In this document: positions 40,579 through 51,197 of the stretch, in pieces
Layout of the letters: the number at the start of each line of letters is the position of its first letter
Position numbering within the stretch: position 1 is the stretch's first letter
NCBI GenBank assembly: GCA_000091205.1
Contig: AP006499.2
Source: Cyanidioschyzon merolae
Taxonomy: Eukaryota
Strand: one strand, 5' to 3'
Length of the DNA: 64,000 nt
Notes under the pieces: model-generated
What the model was told of the DNA's origin: nothing
Databases searched by the model: none
What the model saw: only the letters and a program-made list of their open reading frames with translations
Made by a program: the position numbers and the translations under genes

Positions 40579-42342
40579 GCGAGCTCGTAGAAACAGCTTC
40601 TCCCACCGACTACCGGTATCCGAGACACTGCAAGCCGTTCCGCGGGCGTAGCAAGCCGGTACCCATACCTAGTCGCTGCAACAACTGAAGCTGCTCGCTC
40701 TGATACCAGATCCAGCAAAGGGATGACGTGTTGCACTGGGATGCCTCAAGCGCCCTATTCCCGACGCGGGTATCCATGCACCGGGGCTTGCTGCTGGAGC
40801 AAAAAGTCGTTTACAGACTATCATATCATAGAAGGCTCCAAAGAGAGCACCATCTCGCTTTATGATCTTTGACGGCAGTGAAGCTTTGCAACCAGCGGGG
40901 TGCAGTCCGCTCCGATTTGATGATTTTTTGCTGGTGGACAGAAAGTGTGAACCTCTTGCGCACTTGAGTATGGTCTCCTCGCGTTACATAGGCAGCCCGG
41001 TGTGAAACATGAGGTCCTGAACGGGCTCCCAAGCACTGTCACACTCGCCAATGGACACACTCGGCTTCCGAGGTACCGCGCATGCCTCACACTGGGCGAC
41101 ATCGAAACGTCGCCGAAAACGAACCCCTCGAGGAACGGTTTTTGGTACTCGCCCCAGAGTCGATGCATCCAGCTGGGCGTGCCGGGAGGCGCAACTGCAG
41201 CCGCAACCGCCAACGTCTATTGGAGGTCATCCTGAACCCGTTCACGGGAATCCACTGGACCATGCAAGGCCCGCGAGATGAAGCAGGTTCGGTGTATAAA
41301 CTGCGCGGTTCTAGGCGTTGAGGAGCGCTCGCGCCCAGTACCCAGGCACCCGAATGATTTTCCAACCTTCTACTCGGGCCTGTCACGAGCCCCGATGAAA
41401 TCTACGGTAAACTGGATGAATTGATGGCATCCTACGGCTGATGGCATTCGAGCCATAGCTCCATGTGGCCTTGGCGTCTCCGAGTCCGGGACTCGTAGAC
41501 GTGCCTCAGGGCGCTCTTTAGATGCGAATGATAGAAAGCATGTGCTTGCGCGTACACCTGTCGAGAACGGTCCTTTTCGGTTCGTGACTCTCGTTCAATA
41601 AAGGCCGCCGAATAAGAAGCGACATGCAAGCAGCCTCGTGCTCAACAGAGTTTCGGCCGCTGCTACAGCTACTGCTGCTGCTGCACCACGCGAACTTTGA
41701 GCATCGGTGTTTCGTGCACTACTGACGATGCTCTGCGTCTTCACTGCATAAGCCTTAACGACACTATCCATGCTGCTGTTTGAGCTAGGCCCCAGCATCT
41801 CCAAACACGAGCAGATGGGTAGGGGCGTCAAGCACACGTGCACAGCACACTCTCTCTCGAACGTAATTTCCAATGAGATGCCGCCCTTGGTGCTTTAAAC
41901 GAATGCTGCCACATTCCATTTTAAGAGTTATCGACTTGTCTTTCCCATTCGTCCCTCGCAGTGGTAGGATCGATGATGCATCTGACCACTTGATTTGATC
42001 GGAGATTCCAGAGGATCGTGGACAGCAGGCAGCGCGGCTCTCGGAATGCCTGTACGGATATAGTTCAAAGAATTCCATCAAGCCGAGCGAGGGGTAAACG
42101 AGGACCCATCGAGTGAGAGGGACCAAAGGCCGGTGAAAAAGAAACAGAAACTGACCACTAAATACCCATGACCCGATGACATTTTCCCCGCGTCTGTGGA
42201 AAGCGTTGCAAAGGGCGAAGTTTTCCGTTTTTTCGAAGGTTTACCGCCTAGGTGCAAGTTCCTGCGAGCTGAACGAGTCCACTGAGCAGTTGCTCTGTGC
42301 GGCTCGGCAGTGGCGAGGCCGTAGCAACACGTCCACAAAGCA

Positions 42343-42618
42343 TTTATTCTAGGACTAGAAGTGGGTAGCGTTCATCCACGTGTCGTCATGGTCGCAGCGG
42401 TTTCCGAGTCTATCGCTTTGTGCTGCCGCATGTTGTAGGTCTGTCTGCAGAGCTTGCCGGCTCCCAGAATGATAATTAGCCGTGATTCCGTGTCAGGCGT
42501 AGGATTCTGCGAGCCGACGCCCTCAGCGGTGTGGCAGAGCCATTCTGTCTCCATGCAGCATCCGTACCAGCGGTATAAGCACCAGTGCGGGTACTCACAA
42601 TAATCACTCGGCGCATAG
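42343..42618 (+). repeat. ~280-bp dispersed non-coding element, copy 2
   Basis: See 8606-8888: ...tttattctaggactagaagtgggtagcgttcatccacgtgtcgtcatggtcgcag...gctcccagaatgataattagccgtgattccgtgtc... Confidence 0.65.
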
Positions 42619-42967
42619 TAGAACGTACAAAATGACCCGTATATCCGAAAGAGAGTTTCCGTCATGGAACTTAAAGATAGCATGTATCATGATGGACGCT
42701 TTCCCGAATGCCATGATTCATCGCGCAACCTCAGATCCCTGCTCAGTGGACGAATTTTTTGTCATCGAAAAAAGGATTCGCAGATGCCGCTACGAGTTGC
42801 AGCCATTGCCAAGTACAGCCTCGAAAGGCATTGTGCAACTGAACCTAACAGCAGCTTCAGGACGTGTCTTTCTTAAAGACGAACGCTTCGGAATCCAGCA
42901 CGATTTTCGAACCCCATAACGCGTCTGCTTTCTGGGGTTATTAGGAGCTTGCGTTCGCCAGGTTGCG

Positions 42968-44548
42968 GTGCGTTTCGACATGCGTGCTGCACTCGCTTTC
43001 CGAGCGCCGTGTCGGGGACTTGTCGTTCCGTCCTGGGAAGCAACTCGAGGTCGGTGTTTGATTTCGCCACGAAAGTGCCCGTTATCGTTGAGTCGTCGAA
43101 GTGTGGCAGGTTTGGTGAGAACGACTCGCCGTCGGGGTCTGTACGGCTGCACGACGCCCGTGGCACAGTCTCGGGACGGTGCCACTGCACCGACGAGCGC
43201 TCCGGTCTACCCCGGAGTGGACGGCAAACCGAATGTCATTCAAGTCCTGGAATCGAGAGGCCTCATTGACGCGGTGACCTCTACTGATGTGTACGCGGTC
43301 TGTGCCCGACCGGTAGCAGTGTACGTCGGCTTCGATCCGACGGCGGACTCGCTCCACATAGGTAACCTCCTGGGTCTACTGGTTCTGCGTTGGTTCCAAA
43401 AACTGGGGCATCGCCCTGTGGCTATCATTGGCGGTGCAACTGCCCGTATCGGTGACCCGTCAGGCAAGAGCGTTGAACGACCGCTCCTTGCTGCGAGTGT
43501 CATTGAAGAGAATGCCGCACGAATCGCTGAAAACCTGCGGCAAGTGCTGGATTTCAGCGGGGATTCTAGTTCAACGACGGAGCCGCTGGTTCTCAACAAT
43601 TACGACTGGCTTGGCAACATGAGATTACTCGACTTTTTGCGTGACGTAGGGAAGCTCGCGCGAGTCGGGACAATGCTGAGCAAGGAATCCGTTCGTCTTC
43701 GGATGCAGAGCGAAGAGGGTCTCTCATTCACCGAGTTTACGTACCAGCTGCTGCAGGGATACGATTTTGCGTATCTCTATAAAAATCACCAAGTCCTGCT
43801 GCAGGCAGGGGGCTCGGACCAATGGGGCAACATTGTGGCTGGACTCGAGCTCACTCGTAAACTTTACGGGGGCACTGTGCATGGTCTGACGTTTCCACTC
43901 CTTACCAGCAAGGATGGCAAAAAGTTGGGAAAGACAGAGAAGGGCGCTGTATGGCTTTCGCCACAGCGCCTGAGCCCGTACGAATTCTACCAATATCTTG
44001 TCAAAGTAGCAGATGATGATGTTTGCAATTATCTGCGGAAGCTCACATTCCTGCCTCTGGAACAAATCGACGCCCTCGAAAACGACATGCGAAACTCGGA
44101 ACGGAGCGGCTACCAAGCAAATACAGCCCAGAAACTCTTGGCTATGGAAGTCACTCGCATAGTTCACGGCGACAAAGGCGTCGAGACGGCATTAGCTGCC
44201 ACCGCGGTCGCTGCACCCGGGCACGTACCCGGCGGTGAACACACCAACGGTAGCACGCGCTTACGAGCTGATGTGTTAGAAGCGGTCTCCAGCAGTCTAC
44301 CGGGTGCGACGCTTCCCCGCACTGCGCTCGTCGGTGTGCCACTGGTCGATGTTATGGTTCGAGCGGGTCTCCAGAAGAGTAAGGGAGAGGCGCGGCGCCT
44401 CATTGCGAACGGTGGTGCCTACGTCAATGACGAAAAAGTGTCCGACAGTGGGAGAACCATCGAAGCAACAGATTTAATTGAGGGACGACTGCTTCTGCTA
44501 GCGGCTGGCAAGAAAAACAAGATGCTCGTTCGGGTGAGCGATACCTAG
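42968..44548 (+). CDS. tyrosyl-tRNA synthetase, bacterial/organellar type, with an N-terminal targeting peptide
   Basis: The HIGH motif is DSLHIGNLLGL and the KMSKS motif is KKLGKTEKG. GGSDQWGNI is also present. The C-terminal S4 domain reads LVDVMVRAGLQKSKGEARRLIANGGAYVND. The first ~75 aa are R/S-rich. Confidence 0.9.
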   Translation: MRFDMRAALAFRAPCRGLVVPSWEATRGRCLISPRKCPLSLSRRSVAGLVRTTRRRGLYGCTTPVAQSRDGATAPTSAPVYPGVDGKPNVIQVLESRGLIDAVTSTDVYAVCARPVAVYVGFDPTADSLHIGNLLGLLVLRWFQKLGHRPVAIIGGATARIGDPSGKSVERPLLAASVIEENAARIAENLRQVLDFSGDSSSTTEPLVLNNYDWLGNMRLLDFLRDVGKLARVGTMLSKESVRLRMQSEEGLSFTEFTYQLLQGYDFAYLYKNHQVLLQAGGSDQWGNIVAGLELTRKLYGGTVHGLTFPLLTSKDGKKLGKTEKGAVWLSPQRLSPYEFYQYLVKVADDDVCNYLRKLTFLPLEQIDALENDMRNSERSGYQANTAQKLLAMEVTRIVHGDKGVETALAATAVAAPGHVPGGEHTNGSTRLRADVLEAVSSSLPGATLPRTALVGVPLVDVMVRAGLQKSKGEARRLIANGGAYVNDEKVSDSGRTIEATDLIEGRLLLLAAGKKNKMLVRVSDT

Positions 44549-45777
44549 AATCCCGACATCCATTCGCCGAGGTAAACGCTTACGGATGATATGCGAACGA
44601 CCTTGGGAGTCCAGAGGCGACCACTCTTAGTGTATCACTTTGCTCCGTGCGCTTGCAAGGCTGAGAGCTCCTCGCAGAGGCTTCGATGCGTTGCGTGATC
44701 GTCCCGCACTGGAACTCCGTCGACGTTGTTGTATAGGCGGGTTTTTTGTGGGTGTATGTTCACGGGTGCGGGTACCTCGTTCCGCTGACTCGGCGGCAGT
44801 CTGCGGTGATTTTCGTTCGAGAGCGTGCCAGAGCGTTCCGCCGGGTGCATCTCTGGTGCAGGACAGCTCATTGAGCGAGCGGCCCATACATGATTCTATG
44901 GTGCGAAGAGCGCCCCACGTCCGACGCTGTAACCTTCGTGCCGCCTCAGCGACTGTTGACGAACGGTGCGCTGGAGCCACAGACGCGCTGACCATGCGGC
45001 AAGGCACTGCGTAGTCGTTGCAACGGAGGTTTCCTCAGACGCAACCACTAGCGACGGAAACGGGACACCACTTCACTCGCCCGTATGAAAGGTTACGGAA
45101 GCGATAGCGCGTGTAGAGCGGATGCGCCCTGTGCCCAACGGATACCACATAACCAGTGCGAGGACGCATGCGGAAACGTCGCTCCAGACACACGGGGTCT
45201 GGCTGGGGCTCGTGGAACACTGCAACTTGTCGTCAGCTGCTGGGTCTCAGTTGTGGTCGACACCCGTGTCAGTGGAAAGTGGAACGGATCCACTTTACTG
45301 ACTCTGGCGAACACCATAACGCTTGAGTATTCGCCATTGGTATCAACAGAAGCCCTTGCGGGCGTTTGCTTACACTGTTTCCTTTGCTTCTCTCTTATTT
45401 CGGCTTTTCAATACGGGGGTCTCTCCTTTCGCTCCAGCTCCATTGCTAACAGTGGCTGAATATAGGTGGCAGCATTCAAGTCCCGATGATGCTGCCTCCA
45501 ACTGGTGTCGATGCGTTTCATACACAGGTGGATGCCACGATCTGTGCTTCGTTCGCTGTTCGCGTCTTCCTTGTACACAGCCTCGAAGAGTCGCTTCGCA
45601 ATGGTGACATTCGATAATGGCGAGGACTTTCCAGGTGTGCACCACACCTTCCTCTCTGAGGGCCTGCATGTGGCGCATAGGGGCTTGTTTCAGCGCTCTG
45701 TTACCGGCAGTTGACGGGCTCAGAAGGCTGCTGGCGAGATCCTCCTCCAGTTCCGTGCCCAGTTCGGTATCGGACGA

Positions 45778-46608
45778 TCACGGGTTTGTTCTGGGCAATC
45801 CATGCATTGGTCTATGACTCTGTCCGCTATACGCACAAGCGCATGCTGTTGCATAGCATTGGTTATCATTCGCTTCCTTGCATGTTCTTCGTTTTCTGAG
45901 TACGCTTTCCGCAAAATATTCCGATGAACGTACCGGGGATCGAAATCTCTTACCGACTTGTGGGCGTAGCGTCGAGGGGTTCCTTCCGTTTTCGGCAATG
46001 GGGCCAAGGCTTGTGATACGCCCTGTTGCGTCGCGCGCTTGCTGGCCCTTGCTGTCATTTTTCTCGTTTCTGAAGACGAAGATGACAGGCGTGCGAGCAG
46101 CATGGATATCGGTAGCTGCCTGTCGAAGTACCGAAGACTCATTGGTAAAGCGTGTCTTCGGTTGCCACGGGGCCTCGTATACTCTCGTTCGGCTCGCGCG
46201 GAAGAACCGGCATAGATGATCGCTCTCCTCGGATGCATACCGTTGCAAATCGCACTGGGGAGCATGTTCACGAAACCGCGCCTCTCCATCACCTGTTGCT
46301 CCTGCGCGTATGCCCCTTTCCGGGAGGAGGTACGTTGGCGCTCTGAGCTGGCGGTAAAGCGTATAGGACTTTCGAGGATGATAACGCTTGGCTTTCTTCC
46401 AGTCGTTTGAGAGTTCCCTGAAATGCTCGCGCGTAAGCTGCGTAGATCGTTTCGTGAACTCGATATCAAGAACCAGCCCCTCATGTTCTCCGCCGCTCTT
46501 CTCGCTCTCCATCGGACGCCTCTGTGCCGCCGTTTCAAGGACGCGCGCATCTATAACGAAGCGAAAAACAGAAAGATTGAAAACTTGAAGAAAGCGTGAT
46601 TCGATCAT
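45778..46608 (-). CDS. hypothetical protein (one of two overlapping 276-aa ORFs in different frames on this strand; possibly a frameshifted or intron-containing gene, or a pseudogene)
   Basis: Mixed-composition ORF (…GLVLDIEFTKRSTQLTREHFRELSNDWKKAKRYHPRK…). Its twin 45720-46550 is in another frame. No domain was recognised. Confidence 0.2.
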   Translation of the reverse strand: MIESRFLQVFNLSVFRFVIDARVLETAAQRRPMESEKSGGEHEGLVLDIEFTKRSTQLTREHFRELSNDWKKAKRYHPRKSYTLYRQLRAPTYLLPERGIRAGATGDGEARFREHAPQCDLQRYASEESDHLCRFFRASRTRVYEAPWQPKTRFTNESSVLRQAATDIHAARTPVIFVFRNEKNDSKGQQARDATGRITSLGPIAENGRNPSTLRPQVGKRFRSPVRSSEYFAESVLRKRRTCKEANDNQCYATACACAYSGQSHRPMHGLPRTNP

Positions 46609-46755
46609 GATTCAGGTATGGAAAGAGGGAGAAAGGAAGCCTGTACATATGAATTGGATACAGACGTTGTGTATCGTTTCTAGAAAACCGTTTTTCATTC
46701 GTGTCGCGACTCATCTGCATTCCTTTTCGGTATTTGCATTCCAGCGGCAGCACGT
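46570..46755 (+). repeat. ~190-bp dispersed element family, copy C
   Basis: gaaagattgaaaacttgaagaaa ... ggaaagagggagaaagg ... gaattggatacagacg ... gcattccagcggcagcac. Confidence 0.55.
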
Positions 46756-47086
46756 CGAAACAGACACGCCGCACCGACGATCGACGATCCGGAAGCAACG
46801 TATGGAACGGATATCCCTTCATGCCGCACTTGGAATGCCCATGCACTGCATCTCAAAAACTTGCGGAAAATTTGAACATAGGGACAAAGCGAGTTGTTCC
46901 GTTTTCCATCCTATTCTGGCGTGGGACTAGCGCAGTTTCCAGAGTCGGTAGCGTCCACTGCCCAGAAGTGCTGCTCTGCCTAGACTGCAATTCATCAGCT
47001 GCGACCCATATTTCAGAGCACAATCCCTGACGGATGCTCGAATAAATACTTTATACGATTGGATATGGTACTCGAGGATACTCGTA

Positions 47087-48841
47087 TCAGCTCGCTCTAG
47101 GGCGTGGCGTAAAAAACTTTCGGATGCCCTGTGGCTCGGCAGATATTCGCGAGTTCACTGAGGTTGCTTCTCTCGGAGCGGGTTCCCTCGCTGGTGTTCC
47201 AGAGGGCGTCTGATGAAGGGTAGACGTCTTCGTTCGGGGGATTCTCGGTGCAGGCAGACGCTCTGTGCTCGCAGGCGCGATCCAGGCTCGTTTTTCCTTG
47301 GTGTCGTTGGCAGGAGCTTGCTCTGGTGCGGCGGCATGACCTTGTCTTGAAGCGTCTGCCAAGCGAACAAGGATTTCCCCGTCAGGCGTGATGGTCTCTT
47401 CTAAAATCTTACCAGCAGCAACGCTCGCTCTCGAATGTTTCTCATTCGAGTGCACGGTTCCCTGCTCGGGGTGTCGACACGTTCCCCGGGATGGGACCAG
47501 CGCGCTCCTCTCGGTCTCGGAGAGCAGGTCATTGGCTCCAGGCGCTTCACAAGTTTGCACAGAAGCAAACTCAGATGCCAGCAGCTTTGGGTCAGTGACG
47601 GATGCATTCGCTGGAGTGTCTAATGCCGGGAAGCACGCCTCAGGCGCTTGGCGATTCCAAGTCGATCTCTCGGCGTTTTGTCCAGAAAGGCATGCCTCCT
47701 CGCATGGTCTGCTCTCGCGAGCATCTGGCCTAACGGGATGTTGTTCGTCTTCGTCGTCACTTGTAACCAGGCGTCGACGAGATCGTCGTGGACTGGCCGG
47801 CATCAGCGGCAGCGTCTCGGTCGTTGAATATCGACGCTGATCTTGCATTCCCGAAGCGCTGTCTCGACCTTGTTCTAAGCTCATCCTATCCGGTGAGGTA
47901 GGGGCACATTCTTCGCTCATTGGCTCTGTATGTCCGGGAACGTCATGTCGACAAGTGCCCGGGTGCTTTGCTTTGCCCGACGCTATGCGCTGAGATGTCG
48001 TTGCAACGATCGTCGCTGTTCGTTCCATTGGTGTTGCTCGCTGATTCTCTATGAAAAGATCCTGCGTCGTCGCGTCTGCTTTGGTACCCTTCACCACTGT
48101 TCTCGAAGCGACGCTAGCAACATCCAATGCCGAAGCGCCCGACGCAGTCGATGCACCTTTGAGGTCAGCGGGAAAGGCCCCCGTTGAGGCGCCAGGGCGC
48201 AGACGTTTTGTTTCAGGTTCTGCAACCATGCCCTCACTGGATCCGTTTCCGTTTAGACTGGAACCAACACAGACTCCGTCTGGAGAGCGTACAGCAGGTG
48301 CGCGCACAACCTCTTGTTCTTCGGTGAGGAAGCGGTACAGTGCTGTTTGGCTGCTATTGGAGGCACTACCTTTCTCGTTAGCAGCGGAAACACCAGACGG
48401 CGCAGCGTTCCGGTGCGGCTCATCAGCCTTCAACGTTTGCCCTAAGAGCAAGGCATTGGATTTAGACTTGCGCCCAGAGGCCTCAGTGAGCGCGTTCACC
48501 CCAGCACCCGCCACAACCGCGGGCAGCTCTGCTTCCGTTATCACGACACCCGGCCGCAGTACACCGTACAGACGATCCCCTGGACCGTTGTACCCGCAGT
48601 GCACCCGAAACCGGAAGCACCGTCGACTCGGGTTATCGGCATCAGCTTGTGGTTCAACAGTTGCAAACACCAGCCGCTCCGATGGTAGTTCGCGAGCATA
48701 GGCCTCGAGTGCTTGTGCGGCCTGCTGTTCGTTCAGATCGAGCGTTCCTGCGACTTGTCGAATTGTTAGTAAACCTGTTGCAGACACATCTTCGTGTAGC
48801 ATACCATCAAGCGCACTTGCAGTTGACAAGATTTCATCCAT
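47087..48841 (-). CDS. largely disordered S/A/P-rich protein; possible DNA polymerase delta subunit 3 (Cdc27/p66)-like
   Basis: The N-terminus LLTIRQVAGTLDLNEQQAAQALEAYARE resembles the POLD3 winged-helix segment (VTYKWLSYTLGVHVNQAKQMLYDYVE, recalled from memory). The rest is long and disordered. The extreme C-terminus EPQGIRKFFTPRPRAS* looks like a PIP box (QxxIxxFF-like). Confidence 0.35.
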   Translation of the reverse strand: MDEILSTASALDGMLHEDVSATGLLTIRQVAGTLDLNEQQAAQALEAYARELPSERLVFATVEPQADADNPSRRCFRFRVHCGYNGPGDRLYGVLRPGVVITEAELPAVVAGAGVNALTEASGRKSKSNALLLGQTLKADEPHRNAAPSGVSAANEKGSASNSSQTALYRFLTEEQEVVRAPAVRSPDGVCVGSSLNGNGSSEGMVAEPETKRLRPGASTGAFPADLKGASTASGASALDVASVASRTVVKGTKADATTQDLFIENQRATPMERTATIVATTSQRIASGKAKHPGTCRHDVPGHTEPMSEECAPTSPDRMSLEQGRDSASGMQDQRRYSTTETLPLMPASPRRSRRRLVTSDDEDEQHPVRPDARESRPCEEACLSGQNAERSTWNRQAPEACFPALDTPANASVTDPKLLASEFASVQTCEAPGANDLLSETERSALVPSRGTCRHPEQGTVHSNEKHSRASVAAGKILEETITPDGEILVRLADASRQGHAAAPEQAPANDTKEKRAWIAPASTERLPAPRIPRTKTSTLHQTPSGTPAREPAPREATSVNSRISAEPQGIRKFFTPRPRAS

Positions 48842-48950
48842 GCTGCAGATCTGGACGCCTCCTCTTCGAGGACACTGCCAACCTGGCTCTCGCGGGAAAC
48901 GCGTACGAGCGCTCGCGCCACTGCCACTGGGGTGCTGCGGCCGCTCCAGG

Positions 48951-50454
48951 CATGCCGCTCGAACCAGTGGGTCACTTTCGATACTTTATAGCCTTTGGTT
49001 CAAACGAGGGTGCCCGCTTGCGAACCATCACAAGTGCTCTACGGAGCTTGTGTGCCATTGGAGAGATAGACGCGACCTCGAACCTATACGAGACTGAGCC
49101 GCTCTATGAGGCATCCCAGCCGGTGTTCCTGAACGGTGTTGTGGCGCTGCAAACAGATCGTGAACCGTTTGAACTTCTTTCAGAACTCCAGCGCATCGAA
49201 AAAGACCATGGTCGAGAGCGCTCGACTGATACGGAAAAGCGCTTCGGGCCTCGCACCCTCGACCTGGACGTGCTGCTTGCGGAGCGGTGGCAACCGAACG
49301 GCTTCCGCGGGTTACCGCCAGTCACCTCGTCGCGTTTAACGATACCGCACCCGAGAATAAAAGAGCGCTCATTTGTTTTGCGGCCATTGAAGGATCTGGG
49401 TATAAGCGTTAGGGACGCGAGACCACTACCTGGTCGAGTGCAGCAGGTGTTGGTGACAGCCAACGAGATGGTGTTGCCGGTGCGACGCTGTGCAGCCGGG
49501 ATGCCGCACGTGATGGGCATCCTCAACGTCACACCGGATAGCTTCAGTGACGGTCACCCAGACAACTTGTCGATGGAGAAAGCGCTGCGTACTGCGGAGC
49601 GCCTGGTGCGACACGGAGCCCGTTTGTTGGATGTTGGTGGACAGAGCACGCGTCCGGGTGCTGTTCGCATCTCGCCTGCTGAGGAGGCGGCTCGTATTTT
49701 GCCGGTTCTCAAGGCACTGCGGGCGCGATTCCCTGCTCAAAAAGGTATCTGGATATCGGTGGACACATTTTATGCCTCAGTTGCGAAGCTAGCGATTGAG
49801 CACGGTGCTGACTGCATCAACGATGTAAGCAGCGGCCGGCTGGATCCGGGAATGTTGCCTTTCCTGGCCGAGGCTCATGTTCCAGCCATATTCATGCACA
49901 TGCGAGGCAACCCGCAAACCATGATGGATCATGCTAACTATCCGGAGGGTGAAGTTGTTGATGTGGTTGCTTCCGAGTTAGCGGAGCGACTTGATGCAGC
50001 TCAGCGAGCAGGCATCTACCGGTTTAACCTTATTGCCGATCCGGGTCTGGGCTTTGCGAAGCACAGCAACCATAATATAGCGCTGTTGAGAGGCTTGGAA
50101 AGATTTCGTGAGCTTCTGAGTCGAGGCCGAGGTGAGTGGCCCATGCTTTTAGGCGTCTCCCGGAAGCGATTTCTGGAGCAGTTCGCGGCTCGTTCGGCAA
50201 CATTGCCCGATGCCGCCGCAACCACATCAGGGAAAGAGGCGCAAAAAGACAACTCCGTGCCGCTGGACGCCGCAGCTCGCGACTTTGCCACGGCTGGGGC
50301 TGTTACCTGGGCCGCCCTGCACGATGTCGATATCGTGCGCGTCCATGAACCTGCCGTCTGCGACGCTGCGCGCTGTTTTCTGTACTTGCAACGAGATGCG
50401 GCTTCCCGCAGTGCAGCCGCTTCCACAGAAAATGAAACGTGTGCTCCGTACTGA
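48951..50454 (+). CDS. bifunctional folate-synthesis enzyme HPPK-DHPS
   Basis: The HPPK half reads FIAFGSNEGA...IDATSNLYETEP...GPRTLDLDVLLA...IPHPRIKERSFVLRPL. The DHPS half reads MGILNVTPDSFSDGH...LDVGGQSTRPGA...DTFYASVA...INDVSSG...ADPGLGFAKH. The probable start M (MPLEPVGHF) is at ~48951; the ORF track starts at 48649. Confidence 0.9.
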
Positions 50455-51197
50455 GCGCCCTGTATGAAAAGATTACAGAGGATGCAAGCCGGCGAAAAAC
50501 GGCACCCGTTCCGAATCAAGTAAGCTTCCTGGCAGACGAGGCTCCTGCAGCTGTTGCAAGGCGCCGTGGAGCTCCCGATTCTCGTGCCCAGTGCCGCACG
50601 TGGCATCCTCCGGGCAAACTTCTATGTTCTTATCAAACGAAATGCATGGGAGGATGCTTGAAGAGCGCCGAATCTCAGAGCACCGGCGTTGCCTCTGCAC
50701 GAATATGAAAAATGCGTGTTGGCACGTGTACCAGAGGTAGCGTTGCGAGACCAAAGTCCGTTTGTATCTCGCTTGAACCTGTTCACCACGAGTTTCTCGG
50801 CATCGAGAAACTTCCAAGAGTACGATAGACGACAACCACTGGCGCGGAAACATGCTGAAACGCAGTCACCACAAACGGCATGGTGCCAGTGCGTCGGCGG
50901 CATCAGTCGGCACAACCCAATCCCTGACGCTAAGTCGCAGTAAGCGGCGTTGTTAGATTGCTCACCTCTTCAAAGTTGCTTGTGGAGCAAAACCGGTTCG
51001 AGAAGCGTTCTCGTACGCGCCTCGGGGCACGCGTGCATCGATGTATAGATCTTTGGAAACCCACCGTGCTACTGCGGTGCACGGAAACGCAGAGGATACC
51101 GAGAAGCTTCCCGCCCTGGACCATGGGCGAAACGCTGGCGCGAAGGGCGAATGCCCCCAACGTCTACGCTCTTCCGATCAATGGTGATGAATCACAT

